Virus record (IMG/VR): IMGVR_UViG_3300024346_000005
DNA from: a virus
Taxonomy: Duplodnaviria; Caudoviricetes
Length of the DNA stretch: 64,000 bases
Strand: one strand, 5' to 3'
A model generated the notes under the pieces. The model ran no database searches, was not told where the DNA came from, and was given only the letters and a program-made list of their open reading frames with translations. Below, in pieces: positions 28,792 to 37,947 of the stretch. Numbering within the stretch: the first letter of the stretch is position 1; each line of letters starts with the position of its first letter. The position numbers and the translations under genes are program-made.

Positions 28792-29037
28792 ATGTTGGCA
28801 ACTAGTTTAGTTATAGGTTCATTCTTAACCGTACTATTTTTTATAATGGGTCTCATGTTGGGTTGGGTCGGCAGAGAATATATGATGACTCATCAGGAAG
28901 GACCAAAGCAAATTGCCTATCATCCAGAGTTTTATAATAAGGATGGCGATCTTATTGACGAAGAAATCGTTTCCGTAAGATTTGAACCAGGATACTTTGA
29001 TGGTATTGATGATGAAGATGATGATGAAGAAGAATAA
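28792..29037 (+). CDS. Small membrane protein with acidic tail
   Basis: AGGAG RBS, N-terminal hydrophobic helix, HPEF...G.LI motif and a D/E tail. Confidence 0.75.
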   Translation: MLATSLVIGSFLTVLFFIMGLMLGWVGREYMMTHQEGPKQIAYHPEFYNKDGDLIDEEIVSVRFEPGYFDGIDDEDDDEEE

Positions 29038-29079
29038 ACTCTAAATATCATTAAGATTATAATTACATATTAAACAATT

Positions 29080-29655
29080 ATGACAGCGACAAAAACAAAA
29101 GCAAAAACAACTCCAGCGGTAAGTATTGATTTGCCAGCAAATCCTTTTACCTTTGAGGTTCTGAATTTAGTATCTAAGCAAAGAACCAATATTAAAAAAG
29201 TTGAAGTTCTACAAAAATATAATGACCCATCACTCAGGGCAATTTTTATCTGGAACTTTGATGAAAGTTTGACATCTGCTCTTCCAGTAGGTATTGTTCC
29301 TTATTCAAGTGTGGGAGAGCAAGGTTCATTTAGTGGAACCCTGAGTGAGAAGATTGATGATGCCGTAGGGAAAATGAGTGAACTTGGTTCCAATTCACTT
29401 GGATCACAAGATCAGGGTTTTTCATCAATTCGCAAAGAATATTCAAAGTTTTATAATTTTATTAAGGGTGGTAATGATAGTCTGAGTTCTCTTCGTAGAG
29501 AAACTATGTTTATTAATGTTCTACAAGGTCTTCATCCTTTAGAAGCAGAGATTCTGTGTTTGGTAAAAGATAAAAAACTTGAGACGAAATATAAAATTAC
29601 AAAAGAACTTGTTTCTCAGGCATACCCAGAAATTGTATGGGGAGGTCGTTCGTGA
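29080..29655 (+). CDS. Conserved T4-like hypothetical protein (DUF6433-like)
   Basis: EVLNLVSKQR...KKVEVLQKY...LRRETMFINVLQGLHPLEAEIL...KDKKL...YKIT pattern, recalled from T4-like phages. Confidence 0.65.
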   Translation: MTATKTKAKTTPAVSIDLPANPFTFEVLNLVSKQRTNIKKVEVLQKYNDPSLRAIFIWNFDESLTSALPVGIVPYSSVGEQGSFSGTLSEKIDDAVGKMSELGSNSLGSQDQGFSSIRKEYSKFYNFIKGGNDSLSSLRRETMFINVLQGLHPLEAEILCLVKDKKLETKYKITKELVSQAYPEIVWGGRS

Positions 29656-29987
29656 GTAAAACTGTAGTAGTAGAGGAAGAAATTATGCAGTGGACTCCAG
29701 AAGAAAAAAAAGAAACTTCTTCTCGTTACGGTTGTGAAATTCTTTTTGAACGTACTAATCTTGCTCAAGTAAAAGATCCTTCTTTACCAAATGATGCTTA
29801 TCTAATTCTTTATCGTGTGGATGGTGAGACTCATGTAGACTTATGTCGTGGAACTAGAGTTAAAATCTTTGATATGTACTATGATAAGTTTGGACCCGGA
29901 TCGGTTCAAAAAATTGACTTTGGATACGGAAGAGTATCTCCTAGACTATGGGGATACAGGGCACCCGAAAAGAAAAGGCGAAAGTGA
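29652..29987 (+). CDS. Hypothetical protein
   Basis: The ORF track starts at 29637. GTG 29652, overlapping the upstream stop and preceded by GGAGG, is more plausible. Confidence 0.6.
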   Translation: MSKTVVVEEEIMQWTPEEKKETSSRYGCEILFERTNLAQVKDPSLPNDAYLILYRVDGETHVDLCRGTRVKIFDMYYDKFGPGSVQKIDFGYGRVSPRLWGYRAPEKKRRK

Positions 29988-30042
29988 TTTCCTAGAAAGG
30001 CGGAAAAAAATCCCCCAAAAAATTCACCCAAAAAGGGTTTTC

Positions 30043-30080
30043 AAGAGAGGATTGACAAGTCCTCTCTTTTTTTGTATAAT
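30043..30080 (+). promoter_or_regulatory. Terminator hairpin with sigma70 -35 box in its loop
   Basis: AAGAGAGGA-[TTGACAAG]-TCCTCTCTT then a T-run. TTGACA 30052-57, 17 nt, TATAAT 30075-80. Confidence 0.8.
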
Positions 30081-30101
30081 GAATTCAAAATATCAATCTA
30101 A

Positions 30102-30245
30102 ATGGATACTGAAAGATTAAAACTCATTATTCGGAATATGGAATTGCTTTTAGATTCTCTCAAGGCAGAGATATATTCTGATATACCACAATACAAGTAT
30201 GATGACATTAAACCAGAGGAAATTGACTATGATGAGGTTTTTTAA
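30102..30245 (+). CDS. Small hypothetical protein (47 aa; not in ORF track)
   Basis: MDTERLKLIIRNMELLLDSLKAEIYSD...DYDEVF*, directly after the promoter. Confidence 0.65.
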   Translation: MDTERLKLIIRNMELLLDSLKAEIYSDIPQYKYDDIKPEEIDYDEVF

Positions 30246-30248
30246 CTG

Positions 30249-30413
30249 ATGTCCGTAAGAGCAAAAAAACTTGTAAAACTACTAGAAAGATTGATTAGGC
30301 AAGATCACTTATATTCTAATGAAGAACTTAAGAAAATGAAATCACAACTGCGAGTTGTCAAAGAAGAACTTGCAGAATTAGAAGCAAAAACATCAAAAGG
30401 ATTTGGAAAATGA
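30249..30413 (+). CDS. Small hypothetical protein (54 aa; not in ORF track)
   Basis: MSVRAKKLVKLLERL...SKGFGK*. ATGA overlap with thyX. Confidence 0.65.
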   Translation: MSVRAKKLVKLLERLIRQDHLYSNEELKKMKSQLRVVKEELAELEAKTSKGFGK

Positions 30414-31165
30414 AACCAATTAAAGCAAAAGACCTTCTTGAACTTGACCGTTATATGAAAGTTGTGATGATTCGTCAGACACAACTTCCACAGACTCTTG
30501 TTTATCAGGCAGGTAAGAATGATTATAGTGAAGACCCTATTCACACTAAGTTTCCTCCTGCGGAAAAGGAATGTGGCAAATGGGTAATTGAGCAACTTCT
30601 GGCAAATGAGAGAGGGCACTGGGGACCTCTAGAGCATCCTGCCATTTCTTTGGATTGCGTTGGGTTTGTTCATAATGTAATGGTTCAGGCACGAACTCAC
30701 CGTGTTGGAGTTTCTTTTGATGTTCAGTCTCAGCGTTATACCGGTCGTCGTGTATTGAAGGTTGCGACTGGTGACCTGAAACCCGAAGAGGTTTTCTATG
30801 TGCGTCCAGAAGGTCTCTATTTGGACCGTAAAGGGCACAAGTATGAATGGACGAAGGATGACTACGAAAGGCAACTAAAGTTCTGTCTGGCGGCATCTGA
30901 GAGGTATGCTGAGGGTTATAATACTCGTGGTATGGCAGAGGAACATCTTCGTGATTACCTTCCTCAGAATATCCGCCAGAACTTTGTGGTTTCGTTCTCT
31001 CTCCGTGCCGCACTTCACTTCCTTGACCTTCGTGCTAAACTTGATGCTCAGGTAGAAATTCAGGCATTATGTGAAGGTATGGTTCCAGTAATGAGAGAAT
31101 GGGTTCCAGAAATCTTTAGTTATTATGAGGAAAAGCGTCTACACAAAGCACGACTTTCTCCCTAA
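30410..31165 (+). CDS. thyX: FAD-dependent thymidylate synthase
   Basis: HWGPLEH, the RTHRVGVSFDVQSQRY ThyX motif, and LP...SLRAALHFLDLR...AQVEI. Confidence 0.93.
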   Translation: MKPIKAKDLLELDRYMKVVMIRQTQLPQTLVYQAGKNDYSEDPIHTKFPPAEKECGKWVIEQLLANERGHWGPLEHPAISLDCVGFVHNVMVQARTHRVGVSFDVQSQRYTGRRVLKVATGDLKPEEVFYVRPEGLYLDRKGHKYEWTKDDYERQLKFCLAASERYAEGYNTRGMAEEHLRDYLPQNIRQNFVVSFSLRAALHFLDLRAKLDAQVEIQALCEGMVPVMREWVPEIFSYYEEKRLHKARLSP

Positions 31166-31189
31166 ATATTTTGTAAATTATTATACCTA

Positions 31190-31429
31190 ATGCCTACTTA
31201 CAGATTTGAGAATACAGAAACAGGTGAAATCTTTGAGAAATGGATGCTTATGGCAGACAAAGACCCATATCTCAAAGAAAATACTCATATCAAACCTCTT
31301 ATACCAACACAAATGAATGTTGGTGAAGTGGGGGATTGGAGAAATAAACTAACCTCCAAACATCCTTCGTGGAATGATGTACTCGGACAAGCTCAGAAAA
31401 TGCCCGGTTCAACTGTAAAAAAACTTTAA
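31190..31429 (+). CDS. Hypothetical protein with FmdB-like N-terminus
   Basis: MPTYRF.N.ETGEIFE start typical of FmdB-like small proteins; the zinc cysteines are absent. Confidence 0.6.
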   Translation: MPTYRFENTETGEIFEKWMLMADKDPYLKENTHIKPLIPTQMNVGEVGDWRNKLTSKHPSWNDVLGQAQKMPGSTVKKL

Positions 31430-31435
31430 ACACTT

Positions 31436-32188
31436 ATGGCAAGAAGAAAAAGAGCAGAGCAACAAAATGATGTTGGTCTTACCACTCGTCAAGCAAAGCG
31501 TAAAAAACCGTTAAGCGGTGAATATCTAGTAGATATTGACCCACTCACTGATAATCAGAAAAAACTTTTTGATTCTTATGCGGAACAAAAACATTTAGTT
31601 GCCTATGGGTGTGCCGGTACTGGTAAAACTTTTATTACTCTTTATAATGCTCTTCGTGAGGTTTTGGATGAAAAAACACCTTACGAAAAAATCTATCTTG
31701 TCCGTTCTTTAGTTGCCACAAGAGAAATTGGATTTCTTCCTGGTTCTTATGATGATAAGTCGGATATTTACCAAATTCCTTATAAGAATATGGTAAAGTA
31801 TATGTTCCAGATGCCTTCTGATGCTGAATTTGAGATGCTTTATGGCAATCTCAAGGCACAGGAAACCATTAAGTTCTGGAGTACTTCATTCCTCAGAGGA
31901 ACCACGCTTGATAATTCTATTATTATTGTGGATGAGTTCCAGAACGCAAATTTCCACGAATTATGTTCTATTATTACTCGTGTGGGTGAAAACTCCAAGA
32001 TTATGTTCTGTGGAGATGCTACTCAATCTGATTTAATAAAAACAAATGAAAAAAATGGTGTAATTGATTTTATGAAAATTTTGAGAACTATGCCGTCTAT
32101 TGATATAATTGAGTTTGGTATTGATGATGTGATTCGTTCAGGATTGGTTAAGGAATTTTTAATCGCCCAACACGCACTCGGATTATAA
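31436..32188 (+). CDS. phoH: PhoH-family ATPase
   Basis: GCAGTGKT Walker A, IGFLPG, LRGTTLD, DEFQN, GDATQSDL and RSGLV. Confidence 0.95.
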   Translation: MARRKRAEQQNDVGLTTRQAKRKKPLSGEYLVDIDPLTDNQKKLFDSYAEQKHLVAYGCAGTGKTFITLYNALREVLDEKTPYEKIYLVRSLVATREIGFLPGSYDDKSDIYQIPYKNMVKYMFQMPSDAEFEMLYGNLKAQETIKFWSTSFLRGTTLDNSIIIVDEFQNANFHELCSIITRVGENSKIMFCGDATQSDLIKTNEKNGVIDFMKILRTMPSIDIIEFGIDDVIRSGLVKEFLIAQHALGL

Positions 32189-32193
32189 TAATA

Positions 32194-32253
32194 TGTCTAA
32201 CTCGTAGAGGTTTAGATTTATATAAATAATTATAACCTTTTATGAGTTAGACA
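32194..32253 (+). promoter_or_regulatory. Late promoter inside a long hairpin upstream of the homing endonuclease
   Basis: TGTCTAACTC...GAGTTAGACA arms enclose TATAAATA (32221-32228). The right arm abuts GTG 32254. Confidence 0.75.
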
Positions 32254-32979
32254 GTGTATAATATTTACTTAATTACCAACCTTGATAATAATAAAAAGTA
32301 TGTTGGACTAACAAAGTTTTCTATCACGGAAAGATTTTATCAACACGTAAAAAGAGGATTTCTTCTAACTGAGGCAATCAAAAAGTACGGTGAAGATAAG
32401 TTTTTTATTGAATTGATTGAAGAAGTTGATACTGCTGGAAGAGCATATGAATTGGAGCAGTATTATATTAAAGAGTATAATACCAAAGTTCCTTATGGTT
32501 ATAATTTAACTGATGGTGGCGACGGCATTTTTGGTTGGGAAGTAACCGAAGAATATCGTCAAGAATGTTCCGAAAGAGTTAAACAACTTCATAAAGAAAA
32601 AAAAGTTGGTATGTACGGTAAGAATCATAGTGATGAAACAAAAAGAAAAATGAGTGTCGCCTCAAAAGGTAAATCAAAACCTTGGTTAATTGGAAGAAAA
32701 CTGAGTCCAGAATCTATTGAAAAATTGCGTCAAATAAATCTTGGTAGAGTTCTTAGTGATGAAACTAGAAAAAAAATTAGTGAAAATCATCACGATGTAA
32801 ATGGGGAAAATAATCCTATGTATGGAAAAAAGCACTCTCCAGAAACTATTGAAAAGTTAAGAGAAAAGGCAAAAAATCGTCCAAAGAGAGTTTGGATTAA
32901 TAATGGTATTGAAGAAAAACTTATGAATATTGACGAATCTATACCTATGGGTTATAATAAAGGAAGAGTGAGGTCTTAA
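32254..32979 (+). mobile_element. Free-standing GIY-YIG homing endonuclease (Seg-like, NUMOD3 repeats)
   Basis: NIYLITN...KKYVG...ERF..H...LEQYYI...GYNLT.GG, then HSDETKRKMS / LSDETRKKIS / HSPETIEKL repeats. Confidence 0.88.
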
Positions 32980-33657
32980 ATGTTTAATCATCTTGATAAT
33001 GTACTTCCTCAACTTGAGAGAGCAACAATTGATGGGGTCCGATATTACAGCATCCCAGATGGAGACCAACTACTCAAGATGGTCTCCATCACCTCAGTAA
33101 CCAGTCATTTTAATAAGGAAATCTTTGTCAAGTGGCGTAAGAGAGTTGGTGTAGAAGAGGCAGATAAAATCACCAAGGCAGCAACCAGTCGTGGAACTGA
33201 TATGCACACTCTGGTTGAGAACTATCTTTATAATAGAGAGCTTCCTCCGGTTCAACCCATATCAGATTTTCTTTTTAAGATTGCTAAAACTGAACTGAAT
33301 AAAATTGATAATATTTACTGCCTAGAAGGTGCTTTGTATAGTAAGCAACTTGGTGTGGCAGGAACAACTGACTGTATTGCCGAGTTTGATGGAGAACTTG
33401 CGGTTATAGACTTCAAGACTTCTAAAAAACCCAAACCCAGAGAATGGATTGAGAATTATTTCGTTCAGGCGATGTTCTATGGAATGGCACTTTATGAGAT
33501 GACAGATATTCCGATTAAGAAACTAGTAATCATTATGGCATGTGAGAATGGTGAATGTGTGGTGTACGAAGAAAGAGACCTAAACAAGTATATGAAACTT
33601 GTGGTCCAATACATCAAAAAGTTTGTGAACGATAAACTAGAACATATGTCTACTTGA
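32980..33657 (+). CDS. PD-(D/E)xK exonuclease (cyanomyovirus exonuclease)
   Basis: SITSV...RGT.MH.L.E...E..LYS...AGTTDCIAEFDGELAVIDFKTS...YFVQ...Y. Confidence 0.85.
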   Translation: MFNHLDNVLPQLERATIDGVRYYSIPDGDQLLKMVSITSVTSHFNKEIFVKWRKRVGVEEADKITKAATSRGTDMHTLVENYLYNRELPPVQPISDFLFKIAKTELNKIDNIYCLEGALYSKQLGVAGTTDCIAEFDGELAVIDFKTSKKPKPREWIENYFVQAMFYGMALYEMTDIPIKKLVIIMACENGECVVYEERDLNKYMKLVVQYIKKFVNDKLEHMST

Positions 33658-33682
33658 CTAATTGATTATTATATCTTATAAT
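33654..33682 (+). promoter_or_regulatory. sigma70-type promoter
   Basis: TTGACT 33654-59, 17 nt, TATAAT 33677-82. Confidence 0.7.
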
Positions 33683-33703
33683 ACATATTATTACTGCTAA
33701 ACT

Positions 33704-34018
33704 ATGACAAACATACTAGCGACATTCCTAGAGATTAATATAGAAGATATGGAATCACCCGAATCAAACAAAGAATTAGAGCAGGCAATAGAAGATAAGT
33801 TTCTTACACCTTCCAAGTTTGCCCTAGAAATAGAAAAAATAGTTGCGGAAGAAAACTGTAATTATATTGATGCCATTTGCCATTATTGTGAAATTAATAG
33901 TATTGATATTGAATCAGTCACCAAACTAGTTTCCAAACCTCTTAAAGAAAGATTGAAGTATGATGCTATTAATTTGAATTTTATGAAAAGAGTCTCTAAA
34001 GCGAAATTGCCTATCTGA
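33704..34018 (+). CDS. gp33: Late-promoter transcription coactivator
   Basis: TPSKFALEIEKIV...YIDAI..YCE.N.ID.E...KL.SKPLKE.LK..A..LNF. Position upstream of gp59. The start could be the later ATG at about 33747. Confidence 0.85.
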   Translation: MTNILATFLEINIEDMESPESNKELEQAIEDKFLTPSKFALEIEKIVAEENCNYIDAICHYCEINSIDIESVTKLVSKPLKERLKYDAINLNFMKRVSKAKLPI

Positions 34019-34605
34019 TGTCACCCTTTGAAACTTATCAGGCTTATTTGGGCATTAAGAATCACTTTTCTAATCCCAAATATGATTACTTTAAATATAA
34101 AAAGACAAGAGCAACACTAACTTCGTTTAATAAAAGAAAGGACCGGTATTTTTTCGAGAAAACAAGTCGTAAGTACCAAGATAAAGAAATAGTAGATTTT
34201 CTAGTATCAAATTTTGTAGCAGCAGATAGTACAAGTAATTTATGGATTGGAGAAATTATAAATTCTGGAGAAAGAACCTACCAAGAATGGATGAAAAGAC
34301 AGCAGAGTCTGACTTACTTATTCAAGGAGCAATCGACCGAATTGTTCTCTCAGACAAAATTAGAGAATGTTTTCGACTGCTCGAAAGGTCATCCAATTCT
34401 TCTCAAAACATTTCTAAAAAGTGAATTGGCACCTGAAATAATGGTAATCTATGATACAATATTCTCGTATATTAGTGAGTTTGACAAGAAACTTCTGGAC
34501 CCAGTATGGGAAACCGTAAGTTTGAAAATTCGGAAATATAAACCCTTTATACATACTGATATATTCCAGTACAAAAAACTTTTACGGGACATTATAAATG
34601 AGTAG
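34018..34605 (+). CDS. gp59: Loader of gp41 helicase
   Basis: Y..YL.IKNHF...YDYFKY...F.KRKDRYFFEK...WIG.I...W.KR.QSL.Y.F. Confidence 0.9.
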   Translation: MSPFETYQAYLGIKNHFSNPKYDYFKYKKTRATLTSFNKRKDRYFFEKTSRKYQDKEIVDFLVSNFVAADSTSNLWIGEIINSGERTYQEWMKRQQSLTYLFKEQSTELFSQTKLENVFDCSKGHPILLKTFLKSELAPEIMVIYDTIFSYISEFDKKLLDPVWETVSLKIRKYKPFIHTDIFQYKKLLRDIINE

Positions 34606-34927
34606 TTTTTTTGATTCTGATATTATTCAGGATGAACTAAAAGAAATCAATCAACTTCAAGAGTTTATATACAATAGTATTTTAACTTTTGGTATGATGC
34701 CTCGTGAAGATAAACTGGAACATATTGATAAAATGACAATACTGCTTGAAAAGCAGCGTATTATGTACACAAGACTTTCTCTTTCTGATGACCCTCAGGC
34801 AATTGAGATGAAAGAGAATCTGAGAAGGTCAGTTGCTCTGATGGGATTTCCACCAGAGACTGATATGAATATTCTTTTCAGCAGTATGACAAAAACAATT
34901 GAGTCACTCAAAAAGTACCTTGACTAA
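34598..34927 (+). CDS. Conserved cyanophage hypothetical protein (DUF1825-like)
   Basis: FFDSDIIQDEL...LLEKQRIMYTRLSLSDDP.A, located between gp59 and gp32. Confidence 0.7.
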   Translation: MSSFFDSDIIQDELKEINQLQEFIYNSILTFGMMPREDKLEHIDKMTILLEKQRIMYTRLSLSDDPQAIEMKENLRRSVALMGFPPETDMNILFSSMTKTIESLKKYLD

Positions 34928-34948
34928 TGAGTGATTTTTTGCTATAAT
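34920..34948 (+). promoter_or_regulatory. sigma70-type promoter of gp32
   Basis: TTGACT 34920-25, 17 nt, TATAAT 34943-48. Confidence 0.75.
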
Positions 34949-34989
34949 ATCTAAGTAATCCAACAATCTAAACTATCCTAAAAAATCTT

Positions 34990-35901
34990 ATGTCTTTTTC
35001 AGACCTAAAAAAGCAATCTAAACTTGGTTCTCTCACCGAAAAACTGGTGAAAGAAGTTGAAAAAATGAATAATTCTGGTAATTCTTCTGATGACCGTTTG
35101 TGGAAATTGGAATGTGACAAAGCAAATAATGGTTATGCCGTTATTCGTTTCCTTCCTGCTCCTGATGGTGAAGACTTGCCATTCGTCAAAGTCTATTCTC
35201 ACGCCTTTCAGGGACCCGGTGGTTGGTTGATTGACTCGTGCCTAACTACTCTCAACCAGAAGTGCCCCGTATGTGAGCACAACGGTCAATTGTGGAACTC
35301 TGGTATAGACTCCAATAAGGAAGTTGCCCGTAAGCAGAAGCGTAAACTGACTTATATGAGTAATATCTATGTTGTCAAGGACCCTGCTAATCCTGATAAT
35401 GAGGGTAAAGTCTTCCTCTTCAAGTATGGTAAGAAAATCTTTGACAAACTCACGGAAGCAATGCAACCTGAGTTTGAAGATGAAACTGCCATCGATCCGT
35501 TTGATTTCTGGACTGGTGCCAATTTCAAACTGAAGGCAAAGAGTGTTGCCGGTTATAGAAACTATGATTCCAGTGAATTTGCCTCTCAGGGCGCTTTGTT
35601 GAATGATGATGATGCTATGGAAGCAATTTGGAAGAAGCAGTTTTCTCTTTCTGAGTTTGTTTCTCCTGACCAATTCAAGTCTTATGAAGAAATGAAGAAG
35701 CGTCTTGAAGTTGCCTTAGGCGGAAAGTCTGCTCGTATTGATTCTGAAGTTGAGGATGAGGACAACTATCGTGGTCCTGCTCCTTCTCTGACTGAAGATT
35801 TGCGTACTGAACTTAGCAACCTGAAACCGACTCGTTCTGTTGCGGTTGATGATGATGAAGATGATGAATCCTTATCATATTTTGCTCGCCTAGCGGAATA
35901 A
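34990..35901 (+). CDS. gp32: Single-stranded DNA-binding protein
   Basis: DDRLWK...GYAVIRFLPAP...HAFQGPGGW...C.TT...CPVCE...YGKKIFDK...NYD.SEF, and the acidic tail ending YFARLAE. Confidence 0.95.
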   Translation: MSFSDLKKQSKLGSLTEKLVKEVEKMNNSGNSSDDRLWKLECDKANNGYAVIRFLPAPDGEDLPFVKVYSHAFQGPGGWLIDSCLTTLNQKCPVCEHNGQLWNSGIDSNKEVARKQKRKLTYMSNIYVVKDPANPDNEGKVFLFKYGKKIFDKLTEAMQPEFEDETAIDPFDFWTGANFKLKAKSVAGYRNYDSSEFASQGALLNDDDAMEAIWKKQFSLSEFVSPDQFKSYEEMKKRLEVALGGKSARIDSEVEDEDNYRGPAPSLTEDLRTELSNLKPTRSVAVDDDEDDESLSYFARLAE

Positions 35902-35910
35902 TAAGGTAAA

Positions 35911-35936
35911 GGGGAGAGAAATCTCCTCTTTTTTAT
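35911..35936 (+). terminator. Intrinsic terminator between convergent gp32 and gp53
   Basis: GGGGAGA-GAAA-TCTCCTC-T6, almost identical to 28306-28329. Confidence 0.85.
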
Positions 35937-36580
35937 GGCATCGTGACTCTTGTGTTTTCGGTGCGAATTAATTTATCATTTACATATTGCGATGATTTAT
36001 CATAAGTCATCGCTTTTCTTGTATCATTAATAACCTGCTGAAGATATGCAGGTTTGAGAACATAAATGTCTCTTTTTTTATCATTTTTTCTGACTTCATA
36101 TTCATAGTTACTAATACCAACAACAGGATTTAGAGTTTGTACGGGAATATTAGGGTCTGGGATAGTAAAAGTAGAATCTACGATTTTACCTGCCGGAAGT
36201 ATGAGTCTTCCTCTAGAATCTTTGACTTCTATCGTTTCGTAATGATGAACTGCGTTTATGTCATTTCCGTATAATTGTTCTGAGTATCTATAGATGTCTC
36301 TATCAGAAAGAGGCCATTCATTTCTTACATTTATAATATTGGCACCAATCAATACGACCCAATCATACTGAGAACTTCCATAAAGTTCTTCGGCAACCGT
36401 ATCAGGTCTTGCTCCTTCTTGGATTTCATACTTATTGAATATGGTAAAAACATTTTGTAAGTCATCACGAAGTTTAACTCTACGAAATACATTTTTTACC
36501 AATAAGTATTCATCGGAACCTTTACTACTGGATAAGAATGACTGGTATTCTAAGTTTGGAAGTTCTCTGAAGTAAGACAT
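35933..36580 (-). CDS. gp53: Baseplate wedge subunit
   Basis: YFRELPN..Y...KNVFRRVK...Y.IQEGARPDTVA..LYG...YDWVVL..N.I......WPL. Confidence 0.88.
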   Translation of the reverse strand: MSYFRELPNLEYQSFLSSSKGSDEYLLVKNVFRRVKLRDDLQNVFTIFNKYEIQEGARPDTVAEELYGSSQYDWVVLIGANIINVRNEWPLSDRDIYRYSEQLYGNDINAVHHYETIEVKDSRGRLILPAGKIVDSTFTIPDPNIPVQTLNPVVGISNYEYEVRKNDKKRDIYVLKPAYLQQVINDTRKAMTYDKSSQYVNDKLIRTENTRVTMP

Positions 36581-37590
36581 TAGAATCCTGTTCCTTTTAT
36601 AGTGGACTTATAATCACCGGTTGGTGACCCTGCTTCAATATAATCCTCACGATAGATTGGCGTGAGTTCTTGGAATGTTAGAGTCATATTCATATGAACC
36701 GGTGTGGCATCAGAATATGTGGCATATGTTCCTGAAGCAGTATAATTGACTGACATAGCATTCAAGGCACATATCTTAAATTGATTCAAGAATGGATGCG
36801 GTTTTCCACCACTCATATACCGAAGTCTAAACACACTTGGAGATTTGAGGAATAATCCGGCAGCACCATCACTTGCTGCTCCTTTTTGTGCCGCAGATTC
36901 AGACTTAAAGAATCTGATAATATCTTTGATTTCATCCGATTCTTTTTTAGAACGAGGAACTAAATCAAATGAAAATGAAAATCCACTTCTTAGTGTTACT
37001 CCACTAAAAAGAAGTTCCGTATTTGAGTTAAAAACTGCTCCGGTTGCTCTGGAAAGATTTTGATTGAAGTCTGAACCTCCAAGTAGTGCCTTTGCTGCCT
37101 GACTAGCAAAAAATGCTTGTACTGTATCTTGCCCAATCGCCGTTTGTGATGCCCCACTAGCTTTACCAATTAGATTGCTAACTGCACCTACTGTACTCTT
37201 AAAAAAGTTTCCGCCCTCAATTATTTCTTTTCCTGCCCCCAGTATCGCAGTTTGTAGGGGTCCCATATCACCAGGACCCCAACCTGCACTATTACTATCC
37301 TGAATACCTTCTGGAATTGGTAATATTACGGTTCCTTTGATGTTTTTTGCTCCATACCCACCTTCCGCAACAACATCATCAGAACTTCTTTGTGCAAAAT
37401 TCGTCTCACCAAGACTCAATCCCGGTGGAAGATACTCATAAGATTCAATCTGCAGATAATCATCGGACTTATCAATATTCTTTAATGGATAGCGAAATAT
37501 TTTTGATGATGGTGCTCTATTTGCCGCTGCTTTATATCCACCAATAATGGCATTCTGAGTGGCTGATGATATTGGAGTTGAAAAAGCCAT
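36580..37590 (-). CDS. gp48: Baseplate tail-tube cap
   Basis: VILPIP..IQDSN...W...N.NTELLF.GV.LR..F.F.F.L.PRS..E...I..II..FK...P..F...Y...FK.CAL..M.VNY...F.E..PIY. Confidence 0.85.
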   Translation of the reverse strand: MAFSTPISSATQNAIIGGYKAAANRAPSSKIFRYPLKNIDKSDDYLQIESYEYLPPGLSLGETNFAQRSSDDVVAEGGYGAKNIKGTVILPIPEGIQDSNSAGWGPGDMGPLQTAILGAGKEIIEGGNFFKSTVGAVSNLIGKASGASQTAIGQDTVQAFFASQAAKALLGGSDFNQNLSRATGAVFNSNTELLFSGVTLRSGFSFSFDLVPRSKKESDEIKDIIRFFKSESAAQKGAASDGAAGLFLKSPSVFRLRYMSGGKPHPFLNQFKICALNAMSVNYTASGTYATYSDATPVHMNMTLTFQELTPIYREDYIEAGSPTGDYKSTIKGTGF

Positions 37591-37599
37591 TTATAGTTT

Positions 37600-37947
37600 T
37601 TAGTTATTTATCTTGATTTGTCCGAAAGGTATTCTTCTCAAATCACCGACTTCATTTTTATCCACAATATGTAGAGGTCCAATCACTTCTTCAAGGGTAT
37701 ATTGACGCCGTTTTTCCCAGTGGTAGTTAATGCCACTAAACCCCCAGGAATAAACATTTGTAACGGCAACCAAAGGATGAGCATCATACCTTACACGAGG
37801 AGTCTTTGGTCTATAAACAAAAGTGTAAAATTTACCTACCTCTGGAGAACTAGTAGTTTCTTTTAGTACATCAAGTATTTCCAACATCAAATCATCCGCA
37901 TCTTCTGTTCCGTATAATTTTTTAAGTAGGGGTTTGATGCGGTTCAT
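37600..37947 (-). CDS. Short gp2-like (DNA end protector-like) protein
   Basis: VGKFYTFVY.PKT....YD..PL motif resembles the gp2 core, and the gene is adjacent to gp4. Confidence 0.55.
   Translation of the reverse strand: MNRIKPLLKKLYGTEDADDLMLEILDVLKETTSSPEVGKFYTFVYRPKTPRVRYDAHPLVAVTNVYSWGFSGINYHWEKRRQYTLEEVIGPLHIVDKNEVGDLRRIPFGQIKINN

Noticed and set aside
30546-31013. Antisense ORFs over thyX, and similar ones over gp32, helicase, gp5 and 60205
   Set aside because: They lie opposite well-supported genes and have no motifs or expression signals.
32254-32979. Group I intron hosting the endonucleases (also 49236 and 57574)
   Set aside because: The flanking genes (phoH, exonuclease, structural genes, helicase) are complete and uninterrupted, and no P/Q/R/S core elements were recognised. 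The endonucleases are free-standing.
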